DNA from: Actinobacteria bacterium 13_2_20CM_68_14
GTDB taxonomy: Bacteria; Actinomycetota; Thermoleophilia; Gaiellales; Gaiellaceae
NCBI GenBank assembly: GCA_001914705.1
Contig: MNDB01000071.1
Location: 1 to 36,065, forward strand
Length of the DNA: 36,065 bases
Reading direction: 5' to 3'
Under the pieces are notes generated by a model. The model was not told the origin of the DNA and ran no database searches. It was given only the letters and a program-made list of their open reading frames with translations. Below are positions 8,264 to 15,121 of the stretch, in pieces; the stretch's first letter is position 1, and each line of letters opens with the position of its first letter. Position numbers and translations under genes: made by a program.

Positions 8264-9631
8264 ATGCAGTTGACTTCCCGTGAGTCGCTCATGCCGCGCG
8301 CTGCCACGAACACCCGCCGCAGCACCCACTCGGGCAATCGCCTGGGCGAGCGCGTGCGGCAGCTGCGCGTCGCCGCCGGCCTGACGCAGACCGATCTCGC
8401 GGGCGACCGTTTCTCGAAGGAGTACGTCAGCCAGATCGAGCGCGGCAAGACCAGGCCCACGCGCGAGACCATCGAGTGGCTCGCGGTCAAGCTCGGCGTC
8501 GATCCCGGCTTCCTCGAGCGTGGCGTCTCGGCAGACGAGCGCCGGCGCGTCGACACGTTGCTCGCGCGCGCGGACGCGCTGACCGAATCCCATCAGTACG
8601 CAGAGGCGATCGCCGAGTACGAGAACTGCAAGACGGCCGTCCTCGCGACGGGTGTGACCGAGCTCGAGGTTCGCCAGCTCGCGGGCGAGGCTTGGGCTCG
8701 GATGGAGAACAGCGAAATCCAGCCCGCGATCGAGTTGCTCAACCGGGCGCGGATGCTTGCCGAGGCGCCGGAGTTCTCCGACGTCGATCGCGCGGATCTG
8801 TTCTTCCGCCTCGCCGTCTGCCGCTACCAGCTCTCCAGCATCACGACAGCGCTCAACCTCCTCAACGAGGCTCTGACGCTGGCCGAGGGCTCCGAGCTTC
8901 CGTGCGACCGTCTGCGCGCGGACATCCTCGGCTGGCGCTCGCGCTGTTACCGCCGCCAGCGAGACTTCGAAGCAGCGCGCGAGGACGTCGAGCGCGCGCT
9001 CGAGCTCGCGCAGGCGCTCGACGATCCGCGCAAGACCGCGGACACGTACTTCCAGGCTTCTCTTGTCAGCGAGCGGATGGGGCACTGGGTCCAGGCGCGC
9101 AATTACGCTGAGCGCGCGAAGGCCTACTACGAGCAGATCAACGACGAGCGAAACGTCGGCAGGCTGCTCAACAACCTCGGTGGCCTGAACTTCCACCTCG
9201 GCAAGCCCGAGCAGGCGATCGAGCATCTCAAGGACGCGTACCGCGTGCTGCTCGACAAGGGCAGCGACGCGGAGGCCGCGAATGTCGTCGCATCACTCGC
9301 CCACGTGCACCTGATGACGGGCGAGGCGACCGCGGCCGAAGAGGAAGCACGTCACGCGCTCTCCCTGATGGAGAACCGCGACGACTTCCTCTACCACGTC
9401 GCTCCGACGCAGCTCGTGCTGGGTCGAGCGTTGATGGAACAGGGGCGCCTGGACGAGGCGGAGGAATTTCTCGCCGCGTCCGATGCGAGCGCCGAGCAGC
9501 TCGAGTCCATCGGCCACCAGGCGGCAGCCTGGATGGCTCGTGGCGACCTCGCCGCCAAGCGTGGCGAGGACAGCGCTGCGGCCAAGCTCTACCGCCGGGC
9601 GGCGGAAGCACTGCAGGACGTCCGGTTCTAA
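8264..9631 (+). CDS. XRE-family HTH + tetratricopeptide-repeat transcriptional regulator (RRNPP-like receptor architecture)
   Basis: The 455-aa ORF has an N-terminal Cro/C1-type HTH (LGERVRQLRVAAGLTQTDLAG...YVSQIERGKTRPTRETIEWLAVKLGV). The rest consists of repeated about-34-aa helical TPR-like units (...YAEAIAEYENC..., ...FEAAREDVERALELAQ..., ...WVQARNYAERAKAYYEQ..., ...PEQAIEHLKDAYRV..., ...LDEAEEFLAAS...). Confidence 0.85.
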   Translation: MQLTSRESLMPRAATNTRRSTHSGNRLGERVRQLRVAAGLTQTDLAGDRFSKEYVSQIERGKTRPTRETIEWLAVKLGVDPGFLERGVSADERRRVDTLLARADALTESHQYAEAIAEYENCKTAVLATGVTELEVRQLAGEAWARMENSEIQPAIELLNRARMLAEAPEFSDVDRADLFFRLAVCRYQLSSITTALNLLNEALTLAEGSELPCDRLRADILGWRSRCYRRQRDFEAAREDVERALELAQALDDPRKTADTYFQASLVSERMGHWVQARNYAERAKAYYEQINDERNVGRLLNNLGGLNFHLGKPEQAIEHLKDAYRVLLDKGSDAEAANVVASLAHVHLMTGEATAAEEEARHALSLMENRDDFLYHVAPTQLVLGRALMEQGRLDEAEEFLAASDASAEQLESIGHQAAAWMARGDLAAKRGEDSAAAKLYRRAAEALQDVRF

Positions 9632-9650
9632 TCGACGAGAGGAGGTGAAT

Positions 9651-9857
9651 ATGAAAAAGACGCGACTTCTCCCCTTGCTTTGTGCCCTCACCGCTGTTGC
9701 ATGGTCGCTTCCCGGCCTCGCCCAGGCGAAGGCCTCGAAGGCTCCGAATCACGCGAACGCGGCAAGCATGTTCGACGGCGGCAGCGCCTTCGACGGCGGC
9801 AGCGCCTTCGACGGCGGCAGCATGTTCGACGGCGGCAGCATGTTCGACGGTCACTAG
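9651..9857 (+). CDS. Small secreted pro-peptide (68 aa) with five C-terminal tandem hexapeptide repeats S(M/A)FDGG
   Basis: ATG 9651 is preceded by GGAGG (9641..9645) at ideal spacing, 19 nt after the regulator stop. The product is MKKTRLLPLLCALTAVAWSLPGLAQA|KASKAPNHANAA-SMFDGG-SAFDGG-SAFDGG-SMFDGG-SMFDGH. It has a classic n-h-c Sec signal with an AQA cleavage site. The track shows it only as the tail of a 124-aa ORF (9483..9857). Confidence 0.7.
   Translation: MKKTRLLPLLCALTAVAWSLPGLAQAKASKAPNHANAASMFDGGSAFDGGSAFDGGSMFDGGSMFDGH
9765..9854 (+). repeat. 5 x 18-bp perfect or near-perfect tandem repeat inside the pro-peptide ORF
   Basis: The units are agcatgttcgacggcggc / agcgccttcgacggcggc / agcgccttcgacggcggc / agcatgttcgacggcggc / agcatgttcgacggtcac. 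They start at 9765, 9783, 9801, 9819 and 9837. Confidence 0.95.
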
Positions 9858-9913
9858 GCCCGCGCGCGGTCTCCACCTCGTGAGGTCGGCGCGGGCCCGA
9901 GACTAAACTCGGG
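9857..9913 (+). terminator. Two GC-rich stem-loops directly after the pro-peptide stop (possible U-tract-less terminator)
   Basis: The first pairs GGCCCGCGC (9857..9865) with GCGCGGGCC (9889..9897) and has an inner CCTC-gt-GAGG. The second is CCCGAG-actaaa-CTCGGG (9896..9913). No T-run follows. Confidence 0.3.
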
Positions 9914-9921
9914 TCCGTGGC

Positions 9922-10027
9922 GTCTTGTCGACGTTCGATCTTTCGCGGCGACCTTGCAAGCCGGGATTAAGCGGACGCCCGAGCCAAGCTCGGACGTCCT
10001 CCGGGCGGCGTCGCAAGCGAACGCCTC
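9922..10027 (-). repeat. Interspersed two-hairpin repeat element, copy A (sense strand = minus)
   Basis: The minus strand reads GAGGCGTTCGCTTGCGACGCC-gcccGGAGGACGTCCGAGC-ttg-GCTCGGGCGTCC-GCTTAATCCCGG.... This is the same module order as the copies at 12213, 12323, 18134, 26122 and 28142. Confidence 0.75.
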
Positions 10028-10931
10028 GCGCGCCGTCTTCTTGGCCGTTCTCGTCGCGCTCGTTGCGGCAGGCTGCGGGACGAATAGCCGGCCTCCAAGC
10101 GGAGCTGGTGCTTCCGGCACGCTGGGGTCTCTGATGAAGCGGCCGGGCGAGGATGTGACCGTCGTCGCCGGCGACTCGGACTTCGCTGTCGGTGATGTCC
10201 GGTTCTCGTTCCTCGTCATCAACCACGACGCGCGGCCGGTCGAACGCAGCCGGGCGCGGGTCTGGCTCGCTGGCTCGCAGTCCGGGCGCCCGTTCCAGAG
10301 CGCGACCGCGAGGCTGGAGCCGATCGGGCCGCCGGGCGCCGGCGAGGCGGCGTTCGGGGGGGTCGGCCGGATCTACGTCGTGCAGCTCCGCATTCACCGC
10401 CCGGGCCGCTACTGGCTCGTCGCCGAGCCGATCGGGGCAAAGATCCAGGCGCTCGGAACACTGGACGTCAAGGCGCGTTCCGATTCGGTCGCGGTCGGCG
10501 CAAAGGCGCCGGCTTCGGCCACGCCCACGCTCGCCAGCACCCATGGCGCGGTCTCGCAGCTGACTACCCGCGTGCCGCCGGATCGGGACCTGCTTCGTTA
10601 CTCGATCGCTTCCTCGCTGGCCGCCCACAAGCCGTTTGTCGTCACCTTCGCGACCCCGCGCTTCTGCACGAGCCGAACCTGTGGGCCGGTCGTAGACGTC
10701 GTCGACCGCGTGCGTCGCAAGTTCGCAGCCCGCGGCGTCCGCTTCATTCACGTCGAAGTCTTCAAGCAAAACCGGCCTGCACTCGGCTACAACCGCTGGA
10801 TGCGACAGTGGGGCCTGCAGTCGGAGCCGTGGACCTTCCTCGTCGGCCGGGACGGCCGGATCGAGGCCAAGTTCGAGGGCTCCGTCTCGGCGGCGGAGCT
10901 GGAAGCGGCGATCCGGCAGTTGCTCTCGTAG
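9954..10931 (+). CDS. Putative lipoprotein with a C-terminal thioredoxin-fold (redoxin/SCO-like) domain
   Basis: The 325-aa ORF has a lipobox LVAAGC after a hydrophobic stretch (AVFLAVLVALVAAGCG). The C-terminal part reads KPFVVTFATPRFCTSRTCGPVVDVV...WTFLVGRDGRIEAKFEG, typical of redoxin-fold proteins. The start (TTG 9954) is uncertain and lies inside repeat copy A. Confidence 0.55.
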   Translation: MQAGIKRTPEPSSDVLRAASQANASRAVFLAVLVALVAAGCGTNSRPPSGAGASGTLGSLMKRPGEDVTVVAGDSDFAVGDVRFSFLVINHDARPVERSRARVWLAGSQSGRPFQSATARLEPIGPPGAGEAAFGGVGRIYVVQLRIHRPGRYWLVAEPIGAKIQALGTLDVKARSDSVAVGAKAPASATPTLASTHGAVSQLTTRVPPDRDLLRYSIASSLAAHKPFVVTFATPRFCTSRTCGPVVDVVDRVRRKFAARGVRFIHVEVFKQNRPALGYNRWMRQWGLQSEPWTFLVGRDGRIEAKFEGSVSAAELEAAIRQLLS

Positions 10932-11052
10932 ACGAGCGGCAAGAGACCGCTGTGGCACCGATCGCGTTCGCAACGCCGCAACGACCTCCGGGTCAGCGTC
11001 GCAATCGACGCTGACGGGCGAGCTCTCGGTACGCTGGGCCGGGTAATACTTC

Positions 11053-11064
11053 ACTTTGCAAAGT
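11053..11064. promoter_or_regulatory. 12-bp perfect palindrome ACTTTGCAAAGT just upstream of the rhodanese RBS
   Basis: It was seen directly in an AT-rich leader (gggtaatacttcACTTTGCAAAGTcttAGGAGGacggATG). Confidence 0.3.
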
Positions 11065-11077
11065 CTTAGGAGGACGG

Positions 11078-11929
11078 ATGGCGGAGAACGGATACGCGAA
11101 GCCGGTACTCGTGACCACCGACTGGCTGGCCGAGCACCTGAACGACGACAGCGTCGTGGTCGCCGAGGTCGACGAGAACCCCGATCTGTACGACGAGGGA
11201 CACATCGCGGGGGCGGTCAAGCTGCACTGGCGCGACGACCTACAGGATCCCGTCGAGCGCGATTTGGTCGACAAGCCGACCTTCGAGCGCCTGCTCAGCG
11301 AGCGCGGGATCGCGAACGACACAACCCTCGTCCTCTACGGCGACAAGAACAACTGGTTCGCGGCCTACGCCTACTGGTACCTGAAGATCTACGGGCACGG
11401 CGACGTGCGCATCCTCGACGGCGGCCGCCAGAAGTGGGCGGATGAGGCACGTGAGTTCACGGCCGAGACCCCGCAGCCGCAACAGGCCGACTACAGGGCC
11501 AACGAGCGCGACGAGTCGATCCGGACGTACCGGGACTCTGTCAGAGCGCAGATCGGCGAGCAGTCGAAGGCGCTCGTCGACGTCCGCAGCCCGCAAGAGT
11601 ACGCCGGCGACCTGATCGCCCCGCCCGGCTACGAGCAGGAGGGCGCGCAACGGGCCGGCCACATCCCGACCGCGGCGTCGATTCCCTGGGCAACGGCCGT
11701 CCGCGACGACGGGACCTTCAAGAGCGCAGACGAGCTCCGCGAACTCTACGAGGGGAAAGGCGTCACGCCGGAAAAAGAGGTGACAGCGTACTGCCGGATC
11801 GGCGAGCGCAGCGCTCACACCTGGTTCGTCCTCCGCGAACTGCTGGGCTACGAAACGGTCAAGAACTACGACGGCTCGTGGACGGAGTGGGGCAACCTCG
11901 TCGACGTGCCGATCGAAAAGGGTTCCTAG
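11078..11929 (+). CDS. Thiosulfate sulfurtransferase (tandem rhodanese, CysA2/SseA type)
   Basis: The 283-aa ORF has a strong SD AGGAGG. It is collinear with mycobacterial CysA2-type rhodaneses as I recall them: ...[22 protein letters not shown]..., [28 protein letters not shown] and the active-site loop [35 protein letters not shown]. Confidence 0.9.
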   Translation: MAENGYAKPVLVTTDWLAEHLNDDSVVVAEVDENPDLYDEGHIAGAVKLHWRDDLQDPVERDLVDKPTFERLLSERGIANDTTLVLYGDKNNWFAAYAYWYLKIYGHGDVRILDGGRQKWADEAREFTAETPQPQQADYRANERDESIRTYRDSVRAQIGEQSKALVDVRSPQEYAGDLIAPPGYEQEGAQRAGHIPTAASIPWATAVRDDGTFKSADELRELYEGKGVTPEKEVTAYCRIGERSAHTWFVLRELLGYETVKNYDGSWTEWGNLVDVPIEKGS

Positions 11930-12167
11930 CGGCATTGGCCGACGACGGCTCACGCCGGGCGGAGCCCGGCTCCGCCGCCGCCTCGCACCGCCGGCGCCAC
12001 CGCGCACTCCGGGGCCGTGCTATTCGCACTGTCCCCTCCGGCGCGGCAACCCCAGCGGCACGCCAGAGACGCTAGGAGGGTTTGCCACAAGACCGACGAA
12101 TCGAGGAGTGATCCCCGCGGAAAGTGCGCAGCATTTTCCGCGGCAAAGCTCCTCCTCTCCCCTGACA

Positions 12168-12196
12168 GGGCGGCGGCTTCGGCCGCCGCCTTTTTT
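12168..12196 (+). terminator. Canonical intrinsic terminator
   Basis: It reads GGGCGGCGGC-ttcg-GCCGCCGCC followed by TTTTTT (12191..12196). An extended stem-loop precedes it at 12104..12153: AGGAG..CCGCGGAAA-loop-TTTTCCGCGG..CTCCT. Confidence 0.8.
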
Positions 12197-12212
12197 ACGG
12201 AGCTTCTGCCCG

Positions 12213-12320
12213 AGGCATCGCTTGCGATGCCGACATGGAGGGCGGGCGGGCTTTTGCCCGGCCGCCCGCTTAAACCCGGGTGGGAAGCGGCTGCGCTTTG
12301 ATTTCTTCGATTCGGATGGG
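12213..12320 (+). repeat. Interspersed two-hairpin repeat element, copy B (first of a head-to-tail pair)
   Basis: The sequence is aGGCATCGCttGCGATGCCgacatGGAGGGCGGGCGGGCttttGCCCGGCCGCCCGCTTAAACCCGGGtgggaagcggctgcgctttgatttcttcgattcggatggg. It is repeated 110 bp downstream. Confidence 0.9.
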
Positions 12321-12322
12321 CA

Positions 12323-12440
12323 AGGCATCGCTTGCGATGCCGACATGGAGGGCGGGCGGGCTTTTGCCCGGCCGCCCGCTTAAACCCGGGTGGGAAGCGG
12401 TGGGAAGCGGCTGCGTTTTGGTTTCTTCGAGTTGGATGGG
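12323..12440 (+). repeat. Interspersed two-hairpin repeat element, copy C
   Basis: The first 78 nt are identical to copy B. It then carries an internal 10-bp duplication (tgggaagcgg x2, 12391..12410) and a few substitutions. Confidence 0.9.
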
Positions 12441-12522
12441 GAATAACTCGAACCGCTGAAACGTCTGAGGACGAAAGGGAGACTGCGCCCCTACAGTTCT
12501 GCGGAACCGAAACGAGTAATCC

Positions 12523-13560
12523 ATGGATCTCGAAGCCACCAGCGTCAAGCTCACGGACCTCGCCTCGTGCGGGGGCTGCGCAGCCAAGTACTCGGCCGCA
12601 CGCCTCGAGCAGCTGCTGGCCGGCTTCGTTCCCGTCGAGGCCGAGAACCTGCTGGTCGGGCTCGCGCCGGCGGACGACGCGGCCGTCTACCGCCTCGACG
12701 ACGAGCGCGCGCTCATCTTCACGCTCGACTTCTTTCCGCCCGTCGTGGACGATGCCGCCGACTACGGCGCGATCGCCGCGACGAACGCGCTCAATGACGT
12801 CTTCGCGATGGGCGGCATGCCGCTGCTCGCGCTCTCGATCGCGGCTTTCCCCGAGGAGCTGCCGACGGAGATCCTGGCGCGCATCTTCGCCGCCGCCGAC
12901 GAGCAGGTCCGGGCTTCGGGCGCGCTGCTGGCGGGCGGGCACACGATCCGCGACGCCGAGCCGAAGTACGGCCTTGCGGTCGTGGGCACCGTTCATCCCG
13001 AGGCGATCTGGCACAAGAACGGCGCCCGGGTCGGGGACGCGCTCTTCTTGACGAAGCCGCTCGGAACCGGGCTGATCATGAGCGGCCACCAGAAAGGGCT
13101 GACAGGCTCCCAGCCGCTCGAGCGCGCTGTTCAGTGGATGCGCACGCTGAACAAGGACGCCGCCGAGTTGCTTCGCTCGAGGACGCCCGGCGCGGTCACA
13201 GACGTCACCGGATTCGGTCTGTTTGGTCACGCGCACGAGGTGGCCGAGCGGAGCGGCGTGCGGCTCGTGCTCGAGTGGGAGCGTCTGCCGGCGATCGACG
13301 GCGCGCTCGACCTCGCGCGCAAGGACGTGCGCACGAGCGGCGACCCGCGAAACCGCGACTTCGCCGCTGCGCACGTGGCGCTCGACGGCACGCCGGAGGC
13401 GATCGTCGCGCTCGGCTTCGATCCCCAGACCGCTGGCGGTCTGCTCATTTCGCTGCCCTCCGAACAGGGACCCGCGCTCGAGGCCGAGTTCGAGGCGCGC
13501 AAGCTCTTTCTCCGCAGGATCGGACGGGTCGAGGAGGGCTTCGGAGTTCAGGTGCAGTGA
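12523..13560 (+). CDS. selD: Selenide, water dikinase (selenophosphate synthetase), Cys-type
   Basis: The 345-aa ORF has an N-terminal LTDLASCGGCAAK (the glycine-rich Cys/Sec loop of SelD), DDAAVY and the PurM-like fold motifs DFFPPVVDD..YGAIAATNALNDVFAMGG, LLAGGHTI and VTDVTGFGLFGH. Confidence 0.9.
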   Translation: MDLEATSVKLTDLASCGGCAAKYSAARLEQLLAGFVPVEAENLLVGLAPADDAAVYRLDDERALIFTLDFFPPVVDDAADYGAIAATNALNDVFAMGGMPLLALSIAAFPEELPTEILARIFAAADEQVRASGALLAGGHTIRDAEPKYGLAVVGTVHPEAIWHKNGARVGDALFLTKPLGTGLIMSGHQKGLTGSQPLERAVQWMRTLNKDAAELLRSRTPGAVTDVTGFGLFGHAHEVAERSGVRLVLEWERLPAIDGALDLARKDVRTSGDPRNRDFAAAHVALDGTPEAIVALGFDPQTAGGLLISLPSEQGPALEAEFEARKLFLRRIGRVEEGFGVQVQ

Positions 13561-14099
13561 GTCGCCGTGGGATGATCCACGGCCGGTTTCAGCCTTTCCA
13601 TAACGGCCACCTCGAGTACCTGCGCGGCGCGGCCGAGCGCTCCGACGAGGTCTGGATCGGAATCACGAACCCCGATCCGGAGCACATCAAGCCGGAGGCC
13701 AGCGACCCGCTGCGCCACCTGCCCGAGTCGAACCCGTTCTCCTACGCCGAGCGACTGCTGATGGTGAAAGCCGCTGCCGCCGAGGTCGGGCTCGAGCCCG
13801 GCGCAGTCCACGTGATTCCGTTTCCGGTCAACGAGCCCGAGCTCTGGCCGGCGTACGTGCCCGAAGGGGTCACGCAGTATCTGCGGCTTTTTTCCGCTTG
13901 GGGCGGGACCAAGCTCGACCGCCTGCGCGAGGCGGGCTACGAGGTCGTGATCCTCGACGAGGGGGCGGAGAAGGAGATTTCCGGCGCCGACGTCCGGGCG
14001 GCGTTACGCGACGGCGGCGACTGGGAGTCGCTGGTACCTCCGGGCGTCGCTCGCGTAGTGCGCGAGCTTTATGACTCGCTGAACGTAAAACCGTTGTAA
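13557..14099 (+). CDS. HxGH cytidylyl/adenylyltransferase-family protein, NadM-like (archaeal-type NMN adenylyltransferase-like)
   Basis: It lies in the frame of track ORF 13134..14099. The sequence is ...MIHGRFQPFHNGHLEYL... (GRxQPFHxGH motif) and ...ISGADVRAALRDGGDWESLVPPGVARVV... (compare the ISGTxxR...W..LVP motif of NadM/NadR). A GTG at 13557 overlaps the selD stop (GTGA). The ATG at 13572 is the alternative start. Confidence 0.75.
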   Translation: MSRRGMIHGRFQPFHNGHLEYLRGAAERSDEVWIGITNPDPEHIKPEASDPLRHLPESNPFSYAERLLMVKAAAAEVGLEPGAVHVIPFPVNEPELWPAYVPEGVTQYLRLFSAWGGTKLDRLREAGYEVVILDEGAEKEISGADVRAALRDGGDWESLVPPGVARVVRELYDSLNVKPL

Positions 14100-14170
14100 G
14101 CGCGCGAGCAACTTTTCGGCTGCGGCTCCGTTTTAACAACTGCCGCAAACGAGAAGGGGTTAGGTGAGTC

Positions 14171-15049
14171 ATGAAAAAGCTCTTCATCCCATTGCTCGCA
14201 GTCGCTGCCCTCGCCGTTGGCGCCTCGCCGGCCATGCCGGCGTCGACAGCGACGGTGACGGTTCAGATCAAACGCCTTTCGTTCGTCCCGACGACAGCGA
14301 GCATCAAGACGGGCGATACGGTCAGGTGGGTCAATTCGGACACGCAGAACCATCAGGTCGTGTCCAACAACGGATCGTTCGTCTCGCCGATACTCGGTCC
14401 CGGCAAGACCTATTCGCACCGCTTTACTGCCGCAGCCATCTACCGCTACCACGACGGCCTGAACGCTGCGGTCAAGGGCACCGTCAGGGTGACGGGGCCG
14501 CCGCCCGCGGTGACGATCGGCGCCTCGCTTCCGATCATCGTCTACGGGCAGCAGGTCACACTCTCTGGCACCGCCTCGAGTGGCAACCCGAACGAGAGGG
14601 TGACGATCTACCAGCAGCCCTATCCGCAAACCTCGTTCGCTGAGATGACAACCGTTCTGACGACGACGGGAGGGGCGTGGAATCTCGTCCTGACGCCGTC
14701 GCCGAAGACGCTGACCCAGTACCAGGCGAAGTGGAACGGCCGCACGAGCGTCACCGTGGGCGTCCAGGTTCGCCCGCGGATCAGGCTCAGCTATCGCAAC
14801 GGAAGGTTCACTACGATCGTCCAGTCGGCGGCTTCGCACGCGCGCCGCTCGGTACAGGCTCAGAGGCTTTCGCGCTTCGGCCAGTGGGTGACGCTGAAGA
14901 AGGTCCGGCTCGGCGGCCAGTCGAGCGCGGTCTTCAGGCTGACCCTGCCGACGGGGAAGTCACAGATTCGCGTCGCCATGTCCATCAACCAGGCTGGCGC
15001 TGGTTACCTCGCCGGGTACAGCCCGACGATCACAGTTCGGCGCCGCTAG
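14171..15049 (+). CDS. Secreted protein with an N-terminal cupredoxin-like domain, function unknown
   Basis: The 292-aa ORF has the signal peptide MKKLFIPLLAVAALAVGASPAMPA. It continues FVPTTASIKTGDTVRWVNSDTQNHQV...YRYHDGLNAAVKGTVRV (plastocyanin/EfeO-cupredoxin-like strand pattern). No Cys ligand is present, so it is probably not a type-1 copper site. Confidence 0.55.
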   Translation: MKKLFIPLLAVAALAVGASPAMPASTATVTVQIKRLSFVPTTASIKTGDTVRWVNSDTQNHQVVSNNGSFVSPILGPGKTYSHRFTAAAIYRYHDGLNAAVKGTVRVTGPPPAVTIGASLPIIVYGQQVTLSGTASSGNPNERVTIYQQPYPQTSFAEMTTVLTTTGGAWNLVLTPSPKTLTQYQAKWNGRTSVTVGVQVRPRIRLSYRNGRFTTIVQSAASHARRSVQAQRLSRFGQWVTLKKVRLGGQSSAVFRLTLPTGKSQIRVAMSINQAGAGYLAGYSPTITVRRR

Positions 15050-15074
15050 GGGTCAGTGGCGCCGGAGTAACGCG

Positions 15075-15110
15075 AAGGGCGGCTTTCGGGCCGCCCTTTG
15101 CGGTTTGTTT
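15075..15110 (+). terminator. Intrinsic terminator after the cupredoxin-like gene
   Basis: It reads AAGGGCGGC-tttcgg-GCCGCCCTT followed by TGCGGTTTGTTT. Confidence 0.7.
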
Positions 15111-15121
15111 AGCCTGCCCGC

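Noticed and set aside
8024-9226. 400-aa minus-strand ORF opposite the XRE-TPR gene, and the 85-aa plus ORF 8026..8283
   Set aside because: The first is the antisense shadow of a well-supported gene. The second has no RBS, an implausible composition, and overlaps the promoter/terminator-defined sRNA.
9483-9650. Upstream extension of the pro-peptide ORF to 124 aa
   Set aside because: The extension overlaps the 3' end of the regulator gene in another frame and is Arg/Ser/Pro-rich. The internal ATG at 9651 has a perfect GGAGG RBS and starts a canonical signal peptide.
12213-12440. Possible CRISPR array
   Set aside because: There are only two units. They are about 110 bp long and directly abutting, with no unique spacers. 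The same element occurs singly at four other sites, and no cas genes are present. It is an interspersed repeat, not CRISPR.
11930-12520. tRNA-Sec (selC) or SECIS element next to selD
   Set aside because: No cloverleaf with a UCA anticodon loop, long variable arm or 3' acceptor could be drawn on either strand. The local hairpins are explained by a terminator and the repeat family. A tRNAscan/ARAGORN run would be decisive.
9903-13374. Long minus-strand ORFs 9903..11054 (383 aa) and 11950..13374 (474 aa)
   Set aside because: They are antisense to the lipoprotein and selD genes. The second also reads through the intergenic repeats and the terminator, and its composition is unlike real proteins.
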